Below, one piece after another: positions 28,723-38,032 of a stretch of DNA of 57,169 nucleotides. The stretch's first letter is position 1, and each line of letters begins with the position of its first letter. The stretch lies in sequence record DRR723986_638, one strand, 5' to 3'. A program made the position numbers and the translations under genes. A model generated the notes under the pieces. That model saw only the letters and a program-made list of their open reading frames with translations. It did no database searches and was not told the DNA's origin.

Positions 28723-30228
28723 ATGGCCCTTAGCATCAATACAAATGTTGCCTCGTTGAACGCCCAGAGAAACCTGTCGCGCTCACAGGAATCACTCAGC
28801 ACCTCATTGCAGCGCCTCTCGACTGGCCTGCGTATCAACAGCGCAAAAGATGATGCAGCCGGCCTGGCGATCAGCACGCGCTTCACTACACAGATCAACG
28901 GCCTGAACCAGGCAGTGCGTAACGCTAACGACGGTATCTCACTCGCGCAAACCGGTGAGGCCGCGTTGGACGAGATCACCAACAACTTGCAGCGAATTCG
29001 TGAGCTGGCCGTTCAGGCTGCCAACTCAACTTACTCGTCTTCAGACCGCGCGGCACTGGACGCAGAAGTACAGCAGCGCTTGGCTGAGATCGACCGCATC
29101 GGTGGTCAAACCAGCTTTAACGGTCAGAAAATTCTCGACGGTAGCTTCGGCAACGCCAGCTTCCAAGTGGGTGCCAACGTCGGCGAAACCATTTCGGTGA
29201 GCCTCAACACTGGCGTACGCTCTAACCAGATCGGCCAAATCGCAACCAACACCAGCAATGCGCAAACACTGTTGGTAGATACTTCTGCGGCCTTGACCGA
29301 GGGTGGAACCAGCATTTCGATTGGCGGTGGTACGGCCATCTCCGTCGGCGCTAGCGAAGACCTTTCCTCAACCGGCGCAGGTCGTGAAGCCAACAGTGCT
29401 TACTCTAAAGTACAGGCGATCAACTCTGCTGGTATCACTGGCTTGACCGCGACAGCGTCTACATCGGTGGATTTGGATTTCACTACCATCACTGCTGCCG
29501 GTTCTGACTCGGGTTACGAGTTGAACATCAATGGCGTTAACATCTACGACGGTAGTGTGCCCACTGGCAACATCACCGGTACTAATGTTGCCGATGCCAT
29601 CAACCTCCAGGCAGATGACACGGGCGTGCGCGCTAGCTTCACTGGCGGTGTGTTAACCCTGAGCGCTGACGATGGCCGCAATATCACCATTAATCAGAAC
29701 ACCACCGGCAACACCACTCAGCAGGGTATTACCGATGCGACAGTGGTTGCCAACGACGGTGTGAACGACACCTACGCCGCAGTGGGTGATCTGACCAGCG
29801 TTATCAGCGGCAACGTCACTTTGTCTGCCTCTGAAGCGATTCAGGTAACGGGCGAAACTGAGCGCTTGGGCTTGAACGCGGCGGATGCAACTTTCGACAT
29901 CGCGGTGGACTCAACAACCCTGAGCTCGGTGAGCGTGACCTCAGTCTCCAACTCTGAAGACACCATCCAGCGTGTGGATGCGGCACTGACCTCGGTAAGT
30001 GACCTGCGCAGCACCTTCGGTGCGGTACAGAACCGCTTTGAATCCACCATTACCAACCTGCAGACGATCTCTGAGAACCTGTCAGCGTCACGCGGCCGGA
30101 TTCTGGATGCAGACTTCGCTGCTGAAACGGCTAACTTGACCAAGGCGCAGATCCTCCAGCAGGCCGGTACTGCGATCCTTGCTCAGGCAAACTCACTGCC
30201 CCAGGCAGCCCTGAGTCTGCTCCAGTAA
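28723..30228 (+). CDS. fliC: Flagellin
   Basis: INTNVASLNAQRNL...RLSTGLRINSAKDDAAGLAI; GAVQNRF...DADFAAE...LAQAN. Confidence 0.98.
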   Translation: MALSINTNVASLNAQRNLSRSQESLSTSLQRLSTGLRINSAKDDAAGLAISTRFTTQINGLNQAVRNANDGISLAQTGEAALDEITNNLQRIRELAVQAANSTYSSSDRAALDAEVQQRLAEIDRIGGQTSFNGQKILDGSFGNASFQVGANVGETISVSLNTGVRSNQIGQIATNTSNAQTLLVDTSAALTEGGTSISIGGGTAISVGASEDLSSTGAGREANSAYSKVQAINSAGITGLTATASTSVDLDFTTITAAGSDSGYELNINGVNIYDGSVPTGNITGTNVADAINLQADDTGVRASFTGGVLTLSADDGRNITINQNTTGNTTQQGITDATVVANDGVNDTYAAVGDLTSVISGNVTLSASEAIQVTGETERLGLNAADATFDIAVDSTTLSSVSVTSVSNSEDTIQRVDAALTSVSDLRSTFGAVQNRFESTITNLQTISENLSASRGRILDADFAAETANLTKAQILQQAGTAILAQANSLPQAALSLLQ

Positions 30229-30292
30229 GTCGCAAACCGCCCGCTCGAATGAGCGGGTAATTTGGCCCCGCACCGGGTGATGTATTTCGAAT

Positions 30293-30312
30293 AAGGGCCG
30301 CAAGGCCCTTTA
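30293..30312 (+). terminator. GC-rich hairpin after fliC (leaky terminator or stabiliser)
   Basis: AAGGGCC-GCAA-GGCCCTT with a short T run; a second hairpin CCCGCTC-gaat-GAGCGGG at 30240-30257. Confidence 0.45.
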
Positions 30313-30355
30313 CGTGCTTCGCAAAATCGGTGACGGGCTGAAAAGGTGAATGCAT

Positions 30356-30805
30356 ATGGATACCAGTCTGAATCTAGCAAGTGTTCGCAGTGTGGTTAGC
30401 CCCCTCGCTGACGGGGTGGCAAAGCGCCCAGACAGCGGCAGAGGCTTACCTGCTAACGGACAAAGTTTGCCGCCTTCGGCGGTGCCACGCGCGGTGACTT
30501 CGGCAAATCCGGATAGTAAAGAAGGCGAAGAGCTGAGCAGAATAGCGAAAGCACTCGTTGCAGAGTTTGACCCGGCAGAGCGTATCGAGCGCACCGAACA
30601 GGCCCTGGATAAGCTCAATGAGATCATGCGTGATCGCGAGAGAGACCTTGAGTTCTCTATCGATGAAGTAACCGGTAGAACCATTTTAAAGGTCATTCAT
30701 GCAGAATCGGGTGAGGTGATTCGGCAGATTCCGCCGGAAGAGCTGTTAAATATCACGCGTACGTTTATTGAAGGTACTGGCAGTTTAATTAACGACGAGG
30801 CCTAG
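30356..30805 (+). CDS. flaG: FlaG family protein
   Basis: RDLEFSIDE.TGR.ILKV...SGEVIRQIPPEE. Confidence 0.9.
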   Translation: MDTSLNLASVRSVVSPLADGVAKRPDSGRGLPANGQSLPPSAVPRAVTSANPDSKEGEELSRIAKALVAEFDPAERIERTEQALDKLNEIMRDRERDLEFSIDEVTGRTILKVIHAESGEVIRQIPPEELLNITRTFIEGTGSLINDEA

Positions 30806-30816
30806 AACCTGGCTTA

Positions 30817-30832
30817 TGGCGCGAAGCTTGCT
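30817..30832 (+). promoter_or_regulatory. Sigma54 promoter of fliD
   Basis: TGGCGCGAAGCTTGCT (GG-N10-GC). Confidence 0.6.
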
Positions 30833-30939
30833 TTGCTTCAGTAACGCGTCTCGGTGGTGTGGGGTATTGGCGCCGCCAAGGGCATAACAAACAGCGCAGC
30901 GTCGGTGCAAACCACCGGGGCCGCAAGGCAGGAGGTGAC

Positions 30940-32337
30940 ATGGCGTCGCTCACCGTATCCGGGGCAGGCTCCGGTTTAGATATCAACAGCATTGTCTCGC
31001 AATTGGTAGAGGCAGAGCGCGCGCCGCAAGCGAATCGCCTGGCGTCAAAGGAAGCGCGTATTCAGGCGCAACTGTCCGCCTTTGGCACACTGAAATCCTC
31101 CCTGGAAGCATTTCAAAGCAGCCTGACTAAGCTGCAGAATGTCGACACCTATAATCAGCGTTCCTCCTCACTCCCCTCGGATAGCCCCTTTAGCGTTTCC
31201 GTGGACGATACCGCTGCGGCCGCCAGCTATGAGGTAAGTGTCGAGCAACTTGCCACCAGAAATAAGATTGCCTCCGCCGCTTATGCCGATGCGCAGACCA
31301 GTGTCGGTACTGGCACGCTCAGCATCACCGTTAACGGCGAAAGCTTCAGTGTCGATGTTGAAAGCGGCAGTGACTCGCTAGAAGCCATTCGCGCGGCGAT
31401 TAATGATGCCGAGGACAATGTTGGCGTATCAGCAAGTATTGTAAATGATGAAAATGGCGCACAGTTGGTCTTAACCAGTGACAACAGTGGCGTGGAAAAT
31501 GCCATTGCGGTAAGCGTGACCACTGATCTTGCTGATACCGGTGACCTCAGCCAGTTGAGCTACGACCCCAATGCCGGTAGCAACCCAATGATTGAAAAGG
31601 TTGCCGCGCTGGACTCCATCATCGAGGTCGACGGGTTTACGCAAACCAGTTCAGACCTCACCGTGGCGGGCATGATTGAAGGGGTTACTTTCAACCTCAG
31701 CGAAGCGCGCCCCGGCGAAAAAATTACTGTAGACGTCAGCCTCGACACCAACGCGGTCAAACGCGCGGTAGAGGGCTTCGTTCAAGCATATAACAATTTA
31801 AACACCACACTGAATGACCTTACCGCCTACGACCCAGAGGCGAATACCGCCGGTCTTTTGCAAGGTGATTCGACCACGCGGGAGATCGCCACGCGGCTGC
31901 GCAGTGAAATCGGCTTAAACGTTGGCAGTATCAGCGGCGATATCAACTCTCTAGCGCAAATTGGCATTACCACGGGTGATAACTCGCTGTTGGAGATTGA
32001 TAGTGATGAGCTCGGCGACGTCATCAGTAGCAATTTTTCGGCTATTCAAAATCTTTTTGCCAACGACGACGGTTATGCAAATCGCTTAGATGACACTCTC
32101 GAGCGTTACACCCAGGGCGGCGGTATCTTGGATGTTCGCACTGAGGGCCTGAGTGGCCAAATTGAACGAATTAACGATCAGCGAGAAGCGCTTGATCGCC
32201 GTATTGCCTCTGTGGAGGAGCGCTACTTCAAACAGTTTACGGCGCTGGATAGCCTGCTGGGGCAATTGACCAGCACCGGAGACTTTTTAAACCAGCAGTT
32301 AGCGAACTTGCCGGGCAGCGTGAGAAAGGAAAGCTAG
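30940..32337 (+). CDS. fliD: Filament cap protein
   Basis: GAGSGLDINSIVSQLVEAER; QFTALDSLL; GGAGG RBS before ATG 30940. Confidence 0.95.
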   Translation: MASLTVSGAGSGLDINSIVSQLVEAERAPQANRLASKEARIQAQLSAFGTLKSSLEAFQSSLTKLQNVDTYNQRSSSLPSDSPFSVSVDDTAAAASYEVSVEQLATRNKIASAAYADAQTSVGTGTLSITVNGESFSVDVESGSDSLEAIRAAINDAEDNVGVSASIVNDENGAQLVLTSDNSGVENAIAVSVTTDLADTGDLSQLSYDPNAGSNPMIEKVAALDSIIEVDGFTQTSSDLTVAGMIEGVTFNLSEARPGEKITVDVSLDTNAVKRAVEGFVQAYNNLNTTLNDLTAYDPEANTAGLLQGDSTTREIATRLRSEIGLNVGSISGDINSLAQIGITTGDNSLLEIDSDELGDVISSNFSAIQNLFANDDGYANRLDDTLERYTQGGGILDVRTEGLSGQIERINDQREALDRRIASVEERYFKQFTALDSLLGQLTSTGDFLNQQLANLPGSVRKES

Positions 32338-32376
32338 CATAGGTAGATTCCGAGGGCGGCTTTTAGCAAAACACCC

Positions 32377-32403
32377 TAAAGCGCCGTCCTGATATGCCGA
32401 TAA
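32377..32403 (+). promoter_or_regulatory. Sigma28 promoter of fliST
   Basis: Perfect TAAA-N15-GCCGATAA. Confidence 0.85.
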
Positions 32404-32443
32404 CTTGGATAGATCATCGGCAAGCAAGGCAAGAGGATAAAAA

Positions 32444-32875
32444 ATGAGCTATTCAGCAGGTCGGGTTAGTCAAGCTTATGCCAGTGTTGGCACACACAGC
32501 CAGGTTGAGGCGGCCAGCCCTCATCGGCTTATTCAGTTATTGATGGACGGCGCGTTAGACAGACTTGCGCTGGCACGGGGGCAAATACAGCGGGGAGAAA
32601 TTTCGCTTAAGGCAAACAGCATTAGCCGAACCATGTCGATTATCGACGGCTTGCGTTTAAGTCTCGATCACAGCGTAGACAGTTCATTGAGCGAAAACCT
32701 CGAGGGGCTGTACGACTACATGAATCGTCGCCTGCTGTTAGCCAACGTCAAAAATGATACAGAGGCTTTAGATGAAGTCTCCGGTTTGCTCCGCGAGTTA
32801 AAAGAGGCCTGGGATGCGATTCCTGATCCTAGCCGCGAAAGCACAGCGTACTCAGCGGGCGAGGCGGTCGTATAA
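32444..32875 (+). CDS. fliS: Flagellin chaperone
   Basis: ASPHRLIQLLMDGA; NLEGLYDYM.RRL; LKEAW. Confidence 0.95.
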   Translation: MSYSAGRVSQAYASVGTHSQVEAASPHRLIQLLMDGALDRLALARGQIQRGEISLKANSISRTMSIIDGLRLSLDHSVDSSLSENLEGLYDYMNRRLLLANVKNDTEALDEVSGLLRELKEAWDAIPDPSRESTAYSAGEAVV

Positions 32876-33232
32876 ATGGCAGTGCCGGCAGACATTGGCG
32901 CCCTCCGCGCTGCGGAGCTGTTAAGCCCTCGTCAACAGCAGCTTCGCGAGCTACTGCTTATGACCGAAGAGATTGGTTCTCTGGCGGAGCAGGGAGAGTG
33001 GAACGAGGCCTTGTCTCGCCAGCGCGACCGGCGGCTGGCGATGGAGGCCTTTTTTGCGCAGGCCTGCAGCGCTGAAGAGTCTGGGCTGGTTGCGCAGGTG
33101 ATACAGCATATTTTGACGATTGATGACCATGTTTCCACCGCGCTTGCCAATAAACGCAATACGCTGAGCCATAAACAGCTCGAGCACCGGCGGAAGGCTC
33201 AGAATGTGGGGCGTTACCTGTCCAATTGTTAG
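32876..33232 (+). CDS. fliT: FliT-like chaperone
   Basis: Abuts fliS; helical 118 aa with AEQGEW and a C-terminal Tyr. Confidence 0.65.
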   Translation: MAVPADIGALRAAELLSPRQQQLRELLLMTEEIGSLAEQGEWNEALSRQRDRRLAMEAFFAQACSAEESGLVAQVIQHILTIDDHVSTALANKRNTLSHKQLEHRRKAQNVGRYLSNC

Positions 33233-33250
33233 TGCCCTCTCACAACGCGT

Positions 33251-33283
33251 CTCTCGGCGGCCGTTAGCGGCCAGTGCCGAGAG
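33251..33283 (+). other. Hairpin downstream of fliT
   Basis: CTCTCGGC/GCCGAGAG outer stem and GGCCG-ttag-CGGCC inner stem; no U-tract. Confidence 0.4.
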
Positions 33284-33489
33284 CGCTCCTCTGGCCACTT
33301 TCACAAGTGGCATGCTCAGCGACTCCGTATTTCTACTAACCTAGAGCTATTACGTATTAACAGCTCCGCTGGCCTCTCGCATTATGGTGACCACGCGGGT
33401 GGCAAATCGACCTTACGTTCGTGCTCAATCCGCCACCATAAGTAGCGTTTTCGGAGACCCTCCGGCTACATCCACAATAACGAGTTCTA

Positions 33490-34560
33490 GTGAAGACGCT
33501 TATGGCATCACAAGCAGAACAATTCGGGGGTAGCGGGCCAGCGCCGTCTCGCATTATGCGGGCGCTGGATATTCTGATTAAACAGGTCGCCGAGTTCGAC
33601 ACCTTAGTGTTGATTCGCGGTGAATCTGGCAGCGGTAAGGAAGTGGTCGCACGTAAGATCCACGAGTGTTCAGATCGCGCCGGTAAGGCATTTATTCCTG
33701 TGAACTGCGGCGCCATCCCCGCTGACCTGCTCGAAAGCGAACTCTTCGGCCATGAAAAGGGGGCCTTTACCGGCGCGGTAGCGAGTCGCCAGGGCCGTTT
33801 TGAAATGGCTGAGGGCGGTACCTTATTCCTCGATGAAATTGGCGATATGAGCTTGCCCATGCAGGTGAAGCTGCTTCGTGTTTTGCAGGAGCGCTGTTAC
33901 GAACGTGTTGGCAGCAATGAAACGCGCAAGTGCAATGTACGCATTCTCGCTGCAACCCACCGCAATTTGGAGTCGATGGTCGACGAGGGCACCTTCCGTC
34001 AAGACTTGTTCTTCCGGCTCGATGTTTTTCCCATAGAAGTTCCCTCTTTGCGTCAGCATCCGGAAGATATTGAAATGCTGACCAGAAACTTCGCTGAGCG
34101 TTTGACTGAGCGCGGCATGAAACCGCCCAGTTTTTCAGCCAGTGCATTGCGTGCCTTGCAGCGTTATAACTGGCCCGGCAATGTGCGCGAATTAGAGAAC
34201 CTGGTGGAGCGCTTGGCGATCACCCATGGTGGGAAGCGTTTAGGCGTTAATGACCTTCCTGCCAAGTACCGCTTTGAGCTGGTCGACGACGATCAGCCAG
34301 TCAACGAGCGCGAAGATCAAGACGTGCTGATGGAGCTATTGCTTCAGCGCGAAGACGACGACCCTCTCACCGCTAATGCAGGCGCAACGCTTCCTGAGGA
34401 AGGTATTGACCTGAAGCATCATCTTCAGGTATTGGAGCAGGCCTTCATTAACCAAGCTCTCGAGCGTGAGCAAGGCGTGATCACCCGCGCTGCGCAGTTG
34501 TTAGGATTGCAGCGCACCACGCTGGCAGAAAAAATGAAGAAAATGGGTATTAGCCAGTAG
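33490..34560 (+). CDS. fleQ: Sigma54-dependent flagellar master regulator (AAA+ and HTH only)
   Basis: GESGSGKE, GAFTGA, FLDEIGD and FleQ-like C-terminus LPEEGIDLK...RTTLAEKMKK; position after fliT; start at 33490 or 33502. Confidence 0.85.
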   Translation: MKTLMASQAEQFGGSGPAPSRIMRALDILIKQVAEFDTLVLIRGESGSGKEVVARKIHECSDRAGKAFIPVNCGAIPADLLESELFGHEKGAFTGAVASRQGRFEMAEGGTLFLDEIGDMSLPMQVKLLRVLQERCYERVGSNETRKCNVRILAATHRNLESMVDEGTFRQDLFFRLDVFPIEVPSLRQHPEDIEMLTRNFAERLTERGMKPPSFSASALRALQRYNWPGNVRELENLVERLAITHGGKRLGVNDLPAKYRFELVDDDQPVNEREDQDVLMELLLQREDDDPLTANAGATLPEEGIDLKHHLQVLEQAFINQALEREQGVITRAAQLLGLQRTTLAEKMKKMGISQ

Positions 34561-34842
34561 GCTATTTTTTCGACAGAGTGCCTATGTTTCCTCGATGACA
34601 GGTAGTCGCTTGCTACAGTCACGCTTGTCGCTTGATAACTCCCATCACTACTTTTTTATCTTCCCTTCTTTACATCAATGCTGCGGATAGCGGTATCGAA
34701 ATAATTTTCCTAACGCGGTGGAGTAGGCGCATTTATTTCGCCTGCCACAAGCTTGTCGCTAGGCCTGTTTTTTGCCTGCCAAAATATTGTCAATTCGGTG
34801 TTTTAATAACCTAACTGTTTGAAAAATATAGTTAAAATTTGT

Positions 34843-34858
34843 TGGTATGGCTGTTGCA
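34843..34858 (+). promoter_or_regulatory. Sigma54 promoter at the fleSR-equivalent position
   Basis: TGGTATGGCTGTTGCA (GG-N10-GC), with an IHF-like site at 34812-34824. Confidence 0.72.
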
Positions 34859-34892
34859 TTATCCCCCCTGAGTTAAACGATAGGGCAGTAAC

Positions 34893-35069
34893 ATGGCAGA
34901 AATACTCACATTCGGTTCCTCAGCGTCTCCTGCGACAGAGTCCCTCGCGATAGAGGCCTGCATGCGCGAGTTCGCGTCAACGCGTGTATTCCTGGAGCAT
35001 TGCCATGCGACCTTGCCCGGTGTTGTTGGTGCTCTGCATCGTCGCATCGATGGGGGGGAAGCGAAATGA
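34893..35069 (+). CDS. Putative 58-aa small protein in the fleS position
   Basis: Manually translated ATG...TGA ORF (MAEILTFGSS...RRIDGGEAK); first ATG after the sigma54 site; its stop overlaps the next start (ATGA). Confidence 0.45.
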   Translation: MAEILTFGSSASPATESLAIEACMREFASTRVFLEHCHATLPGVVGALHRRIDGGEAK

Positions 35070-36016
35070 AACAGTTAATCGCCAAAGACCCCGCATCAAT
35101 TGCTGTTCGCGATCTTGCTACGCGCGTTGCCAGGACGGATGCCACGGTATTGATTTGTGGGCAGAGCGGCGTCGGCAAGGAAGTTTATGCCCGCTACATA
35201 CATGCGCAATCGCGCCGTGCTGAGGGCCCCTTTGTTGCGGTGAACTGCGCCGCGATTCCGGAAAACATGCTCGAGGCCATGCTGTTTGGTTATGAGAAGG
35301 GCGCGTTCACCGGGGCGATAAGCAGCCACGCGGGCAAGTTTGAGCAAGCCCAGGGCGGAACGCTGCTGCTGGATGAAATCTCTGAAATGGATATTGGCTT
35401 GCAGGCCAAGTTATTACGTGTGCTGCAGGAAAAGGAAATTGAGCGTCTGGGTAGCCGACGCAGTATGAACCTGGACGTGCGCGTCATTGCGACCACTAAC
35501 AGGGATCTGCGTGAGGCCGTGCTGGCCGGCGAGTTTCGCGAGGACCTCTTTTACCGCTTGAATGTTTTCCCCCTTTGCCTGCCCGCCCTGTGTGAGCGCC
35601 GGGAAGATATCTTGCCGCTGGCCGAACACTTTCTCGAGCGCGATGAGTCTATCGACAGTGCGCAGTCGGTGCTCACTCACGATGCCCGCGAAAAACTACT
35701 TAGCTACGCGTGGCCGGGCAATGTTCGCGAGCTCGACAACGTTATTCAGCGCGCGTTGATTTTGCGCCAAGACCACCGTATTAGCGACAGAGATATCCAG
35801 TTTGAGCAGGGTATGCAGCTGTTTTCCACGGCGACAACTGGCAGCGCCAGCGCGCCGTTGGATGGTTTTATGCGAGATCAGGAACGCCAGAGAATTAGCG
35901 ACGCCCTGCGCCAGGGCCGCTCAAAGAAAGAAGCGGCCGAAATTCTCGGTATTAGCCCGCGCACCTTGCGCTACAAATTAGCCAGGCTGCGCGAGCAGCA
36001 ATGCCTGCAAGGTTAA
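35066..36016 (+). CDS. FleR/FlrC-like sigma54 activator lacking a receiver domain
   Basis: GQSGVGKEVYARYIH, NCAAIPENMLEAMLFGYEKGAFTGA, GKFEQAQGGTLLLDEISEM and LGISPRTLRYKLA, all FleR/FlrC-type; directly before fliE. Confidence 0.88.
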   Translation: MKQLIAKDPASIAVRDLATRVARTDATVLICGQSGVGKEVYARYIHAQSRRAEGPFVAVNCAAIPENMLEAMLFGYEKGAFTGAISSHAGKFEQAQGGTLLLDEISEMDIGLQAKLLRVLQEKEIERLGSRRSMNLDVRVIATTNRDLREAVLAGEFREDLFYRLNVFPLCLPALCERREDILPLAEHFLERDESIDSAQSVLTHDAREKLLSYAWPGNVRELDNVIQRALILRQDHRISDRDIQFEQGMQLFSTATTGSASAPLDGFMRDQERQRISDALRQGRSKKEAAEILGISPRTLRYKLARLREQQCLQG

Positions 36017-36028
36017 TGGAGCGTCGTC

Positions 36029-36370
36029 ATGTCAGACGGAATGAAAGTTGACTCTATCCTCAACCAGATACGTGCGCTGCGCGAGCAAAGCGCGATGCCC
36101 GGTGCCGCCGATGTGCGGGATCCGGGTCGCATTGATGCGGCACCGAAGGTCGATTTTTCGCAGATGTTGCAGCAGTCACTTCAGGGGATTAACCAAACTC
36201 AGGCGAACGCCAGCCAGTTGGCAACGGCGTTTGAGCGCGGTGACCCGAATGTCAGTATCACCGAGGTGATGGTGAATATGCAAAAAGCCCAAGTCTCGTT
36301 TAAGGCCGCGGTGGAAGTGCGAAATAAGGTCGTTGACGCCTATAAAGAAGTGATGAGGATGTCAATGTGA
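36029..36370 (+). CDS. fliE: Hook-basal body protein
   Basis: QKAQVSF..VEVRNKVVDAYKEVMRM. Confidence 0.95.
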   Translation: MSDGMKVDSILNQIRALREQSAMPGAADVRDPGRIDAAPKVDFSQMLQQSLQGINQTQANASQLATAFERGDPNVSITEVMVNMQKAQVSFKAAVEVRNKVVDAYKEVMRMSM

Positions 36371-36406
36371 CAACGAGCGTGCTGCGTGTAAGAAAGGGTT
36401 TGAGTC

Positions 36407-38032
36407 ATGGCTGATTCGCAAAGCATTTCTGTTAACAGTGTGTTGCAAAGCGCCGCCAAGAACGACGTGCTGCGCCAGCTGCTGATTCTGGTCGGTATCG
36501 CCGCCAGCGTTGCGCTGGGTGTTGCTGCAGTGTTGTGGTCGCAAAGTGGTGACTATCGTGCGTTGTACTCCTCACTACCGCCGGAGCGCGCATCGTCGGT
36601 TGTCGATGCGCTGAATGTGGCGGGAATTCCTTATCGTATTCAGGATTCAACCGGCGCAATAATGGTTCCAGCGGAGCAAATTTATGACGCGAGAATCCGT
36701 CTTGCCGGACAAGGCTTGGGTAAAGACGGCAGCGGTATGGCCATGCTGGAGAAGGAGCAGGGCTTTGGCGTTAGCGAATTTATGCAGTCAAAAAAATACC
36801 ACTACGCGCTGGAGCAGGAGCTCGCCAGCACCATAGAAAGCCTGCAGCAGGTGCGCAGAGCTCGGGTGCATTTGGCGATCCCCAAGCAATCGGTATTTGT
36901 GCGTGACCGCAAAGCGCCGAGCGCATCGATTATGTTGGATGTGTACCCCGGCAGCGAAGTCTCTAAACGCAATGTCTCGGCCATTATCAATCTGGTGGCG
37001 AGCAGCATCGGTGGCTTGAATGCCGAGGATGTCACCGTGGTGGACCAGCTGGGGCAGCAGCTTAATGAAAGCCGCAGTGATGGTGACCAACTGGAACTGA
37101 GTGATAGGCAGTTCACCTATCGCCGTCGCATTGAGCAGGCGTACGAAGAGCGGATCGCCGATTTGATCCGGCCCATCGCCGGCTCCGGCCGCGTTAGGGT
37201 AACGGTGGCCGCGGATGTGGATTTCAGCAGTGAGCAGGAAAGCCGGGAAAGCTGGAACCCCGACCGACAGGTGGTGCGCAGTGAACAGATTAACGAACAG
37301 CTCAATGGCGGCGCCGCCCAGGGGCGCGGTGTGCCGGGTGCCCTGTCGAATCAACCACCGCCAGCGGGTGTTGACGGCGAGGGTGGTGAGCAGGCGAATG
37401 CTGACGCCGGTAATCGCTCGGTTATTCGCAACTACGAAATCGAGCGGGTGCTGGCGCATAGCAGTAACCCCAGCGGCAGCTTGAAGAAACTCTCGGTCGC
37501 GGTGCTGGTGGACAATCACCGCCGCGTCAACGAGGCAGGGGAAGTCGTCGTGGAGCCCATGACCAACCCAGAGCTTGAGCGCATGACATTGTTGGTGAAA
37601 GACGCAGTGGGCTTCGAAGAACAGCGCGGCGATCGGGTGACGGTGATGGCGGCAGATTTTCGCGAAACCGTAACCTTCGACGAAGAGGCGACGGGTCCTG
37701 CGATCTGGGAGCAGCCCTGGTTTGCGAATTTGGTGCGGCAGGTGTTGGTTGGCGTTGCCTTGCTATTCATCGTGTTTGCGGTGCTGCGGCCCAGCGTGAA
37801 AACCTTACTGCAACACAAGACGCCTGCGCCGGTGGCAAGCGCGGATGAACCGGGAATAAGCGGCGAGCTGCAACAGCAGCCGGTGGCCGCTCTTGGGGCG
37901 CCGAACGCGGGGGGCTACCCTCAAGGCATTAGCTTTGAGCAGCAGTTAGGCGATGTTCGTGGAATGGTTGAAGAAGATCCGCGCCGCGTGGCGCAGGTCG
38001 TTAACAGATGGGTGACTGAAGACAATGGCTAA
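36407..38032 (+). CDS. fliF: MS-ring protein
   Basis: FGVSEF, ARVHLAIPKQSVFVR, PSAS, GVPGALSNQPP and LSVAVLVD motifs. Confidence 0.96.
   Translation: MADSQSISVNSVLQSAAKNDVLRQLLILVGIAASVALGVAAVLWSQSGDYRALYSSLPPERASSVVDALNVAGIPYRIQDSTGAIMVPAEQIYDARIRLAGQGLGKDGSGMAMLEKEQGFGVSEFMQSKKYHYALEQELASTIESLQQVRRARVHLAIPKQSVFVRDRKAPSASIMLDVYPGSEVSKRNVSAIINLVASSIGGLNAEDVTVVDQLGQQLNESRSDGDQLELSDRQFTYRRRIEQAYEERIADLIRPIAGSGRVRVTVAADVDFSSEQESRESWNPDRQVVRSEQINEQLNGGAAQGRGVPGALSNQPPPAGVDGEGGEQANADAGNRSVIRNYEIERVLAHSSNPSGSLKKLSVAVLVDNHRRVNEAGEVVVEPMTNPELERMTLLVKDAVGFEEQRGDRVTVMAADFRETVTFDEEATGPAIWEQPWFANLVRQVLVGVALLFIVFAVLRPSVKTLLQHKTPAPVASADEPGISGELQQQPVAALGAPNAGGYPQGISFEQQLGDVRGMVEEDPRRVAQVVNRWVTEDNG

Noticed and set aside
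33385-33470. c-di-GMP-I riboswitch upstream of fleQ (contains GGCAAA)
   Set aside because: Lacks the GNRA-capped P2 and the downstream GACGCAAAGC-type core; only a 6-nt coincidence.
35000-35065. Cys-rich N-terminal extension (MPCDLARCCWC...) of the activator given by the ORF track
   Set aside because: It starts at a TTG with no convincing RBS; the ATG at 35066 has a G-rich SD and an ATGA overlap with the upstream small ORF.
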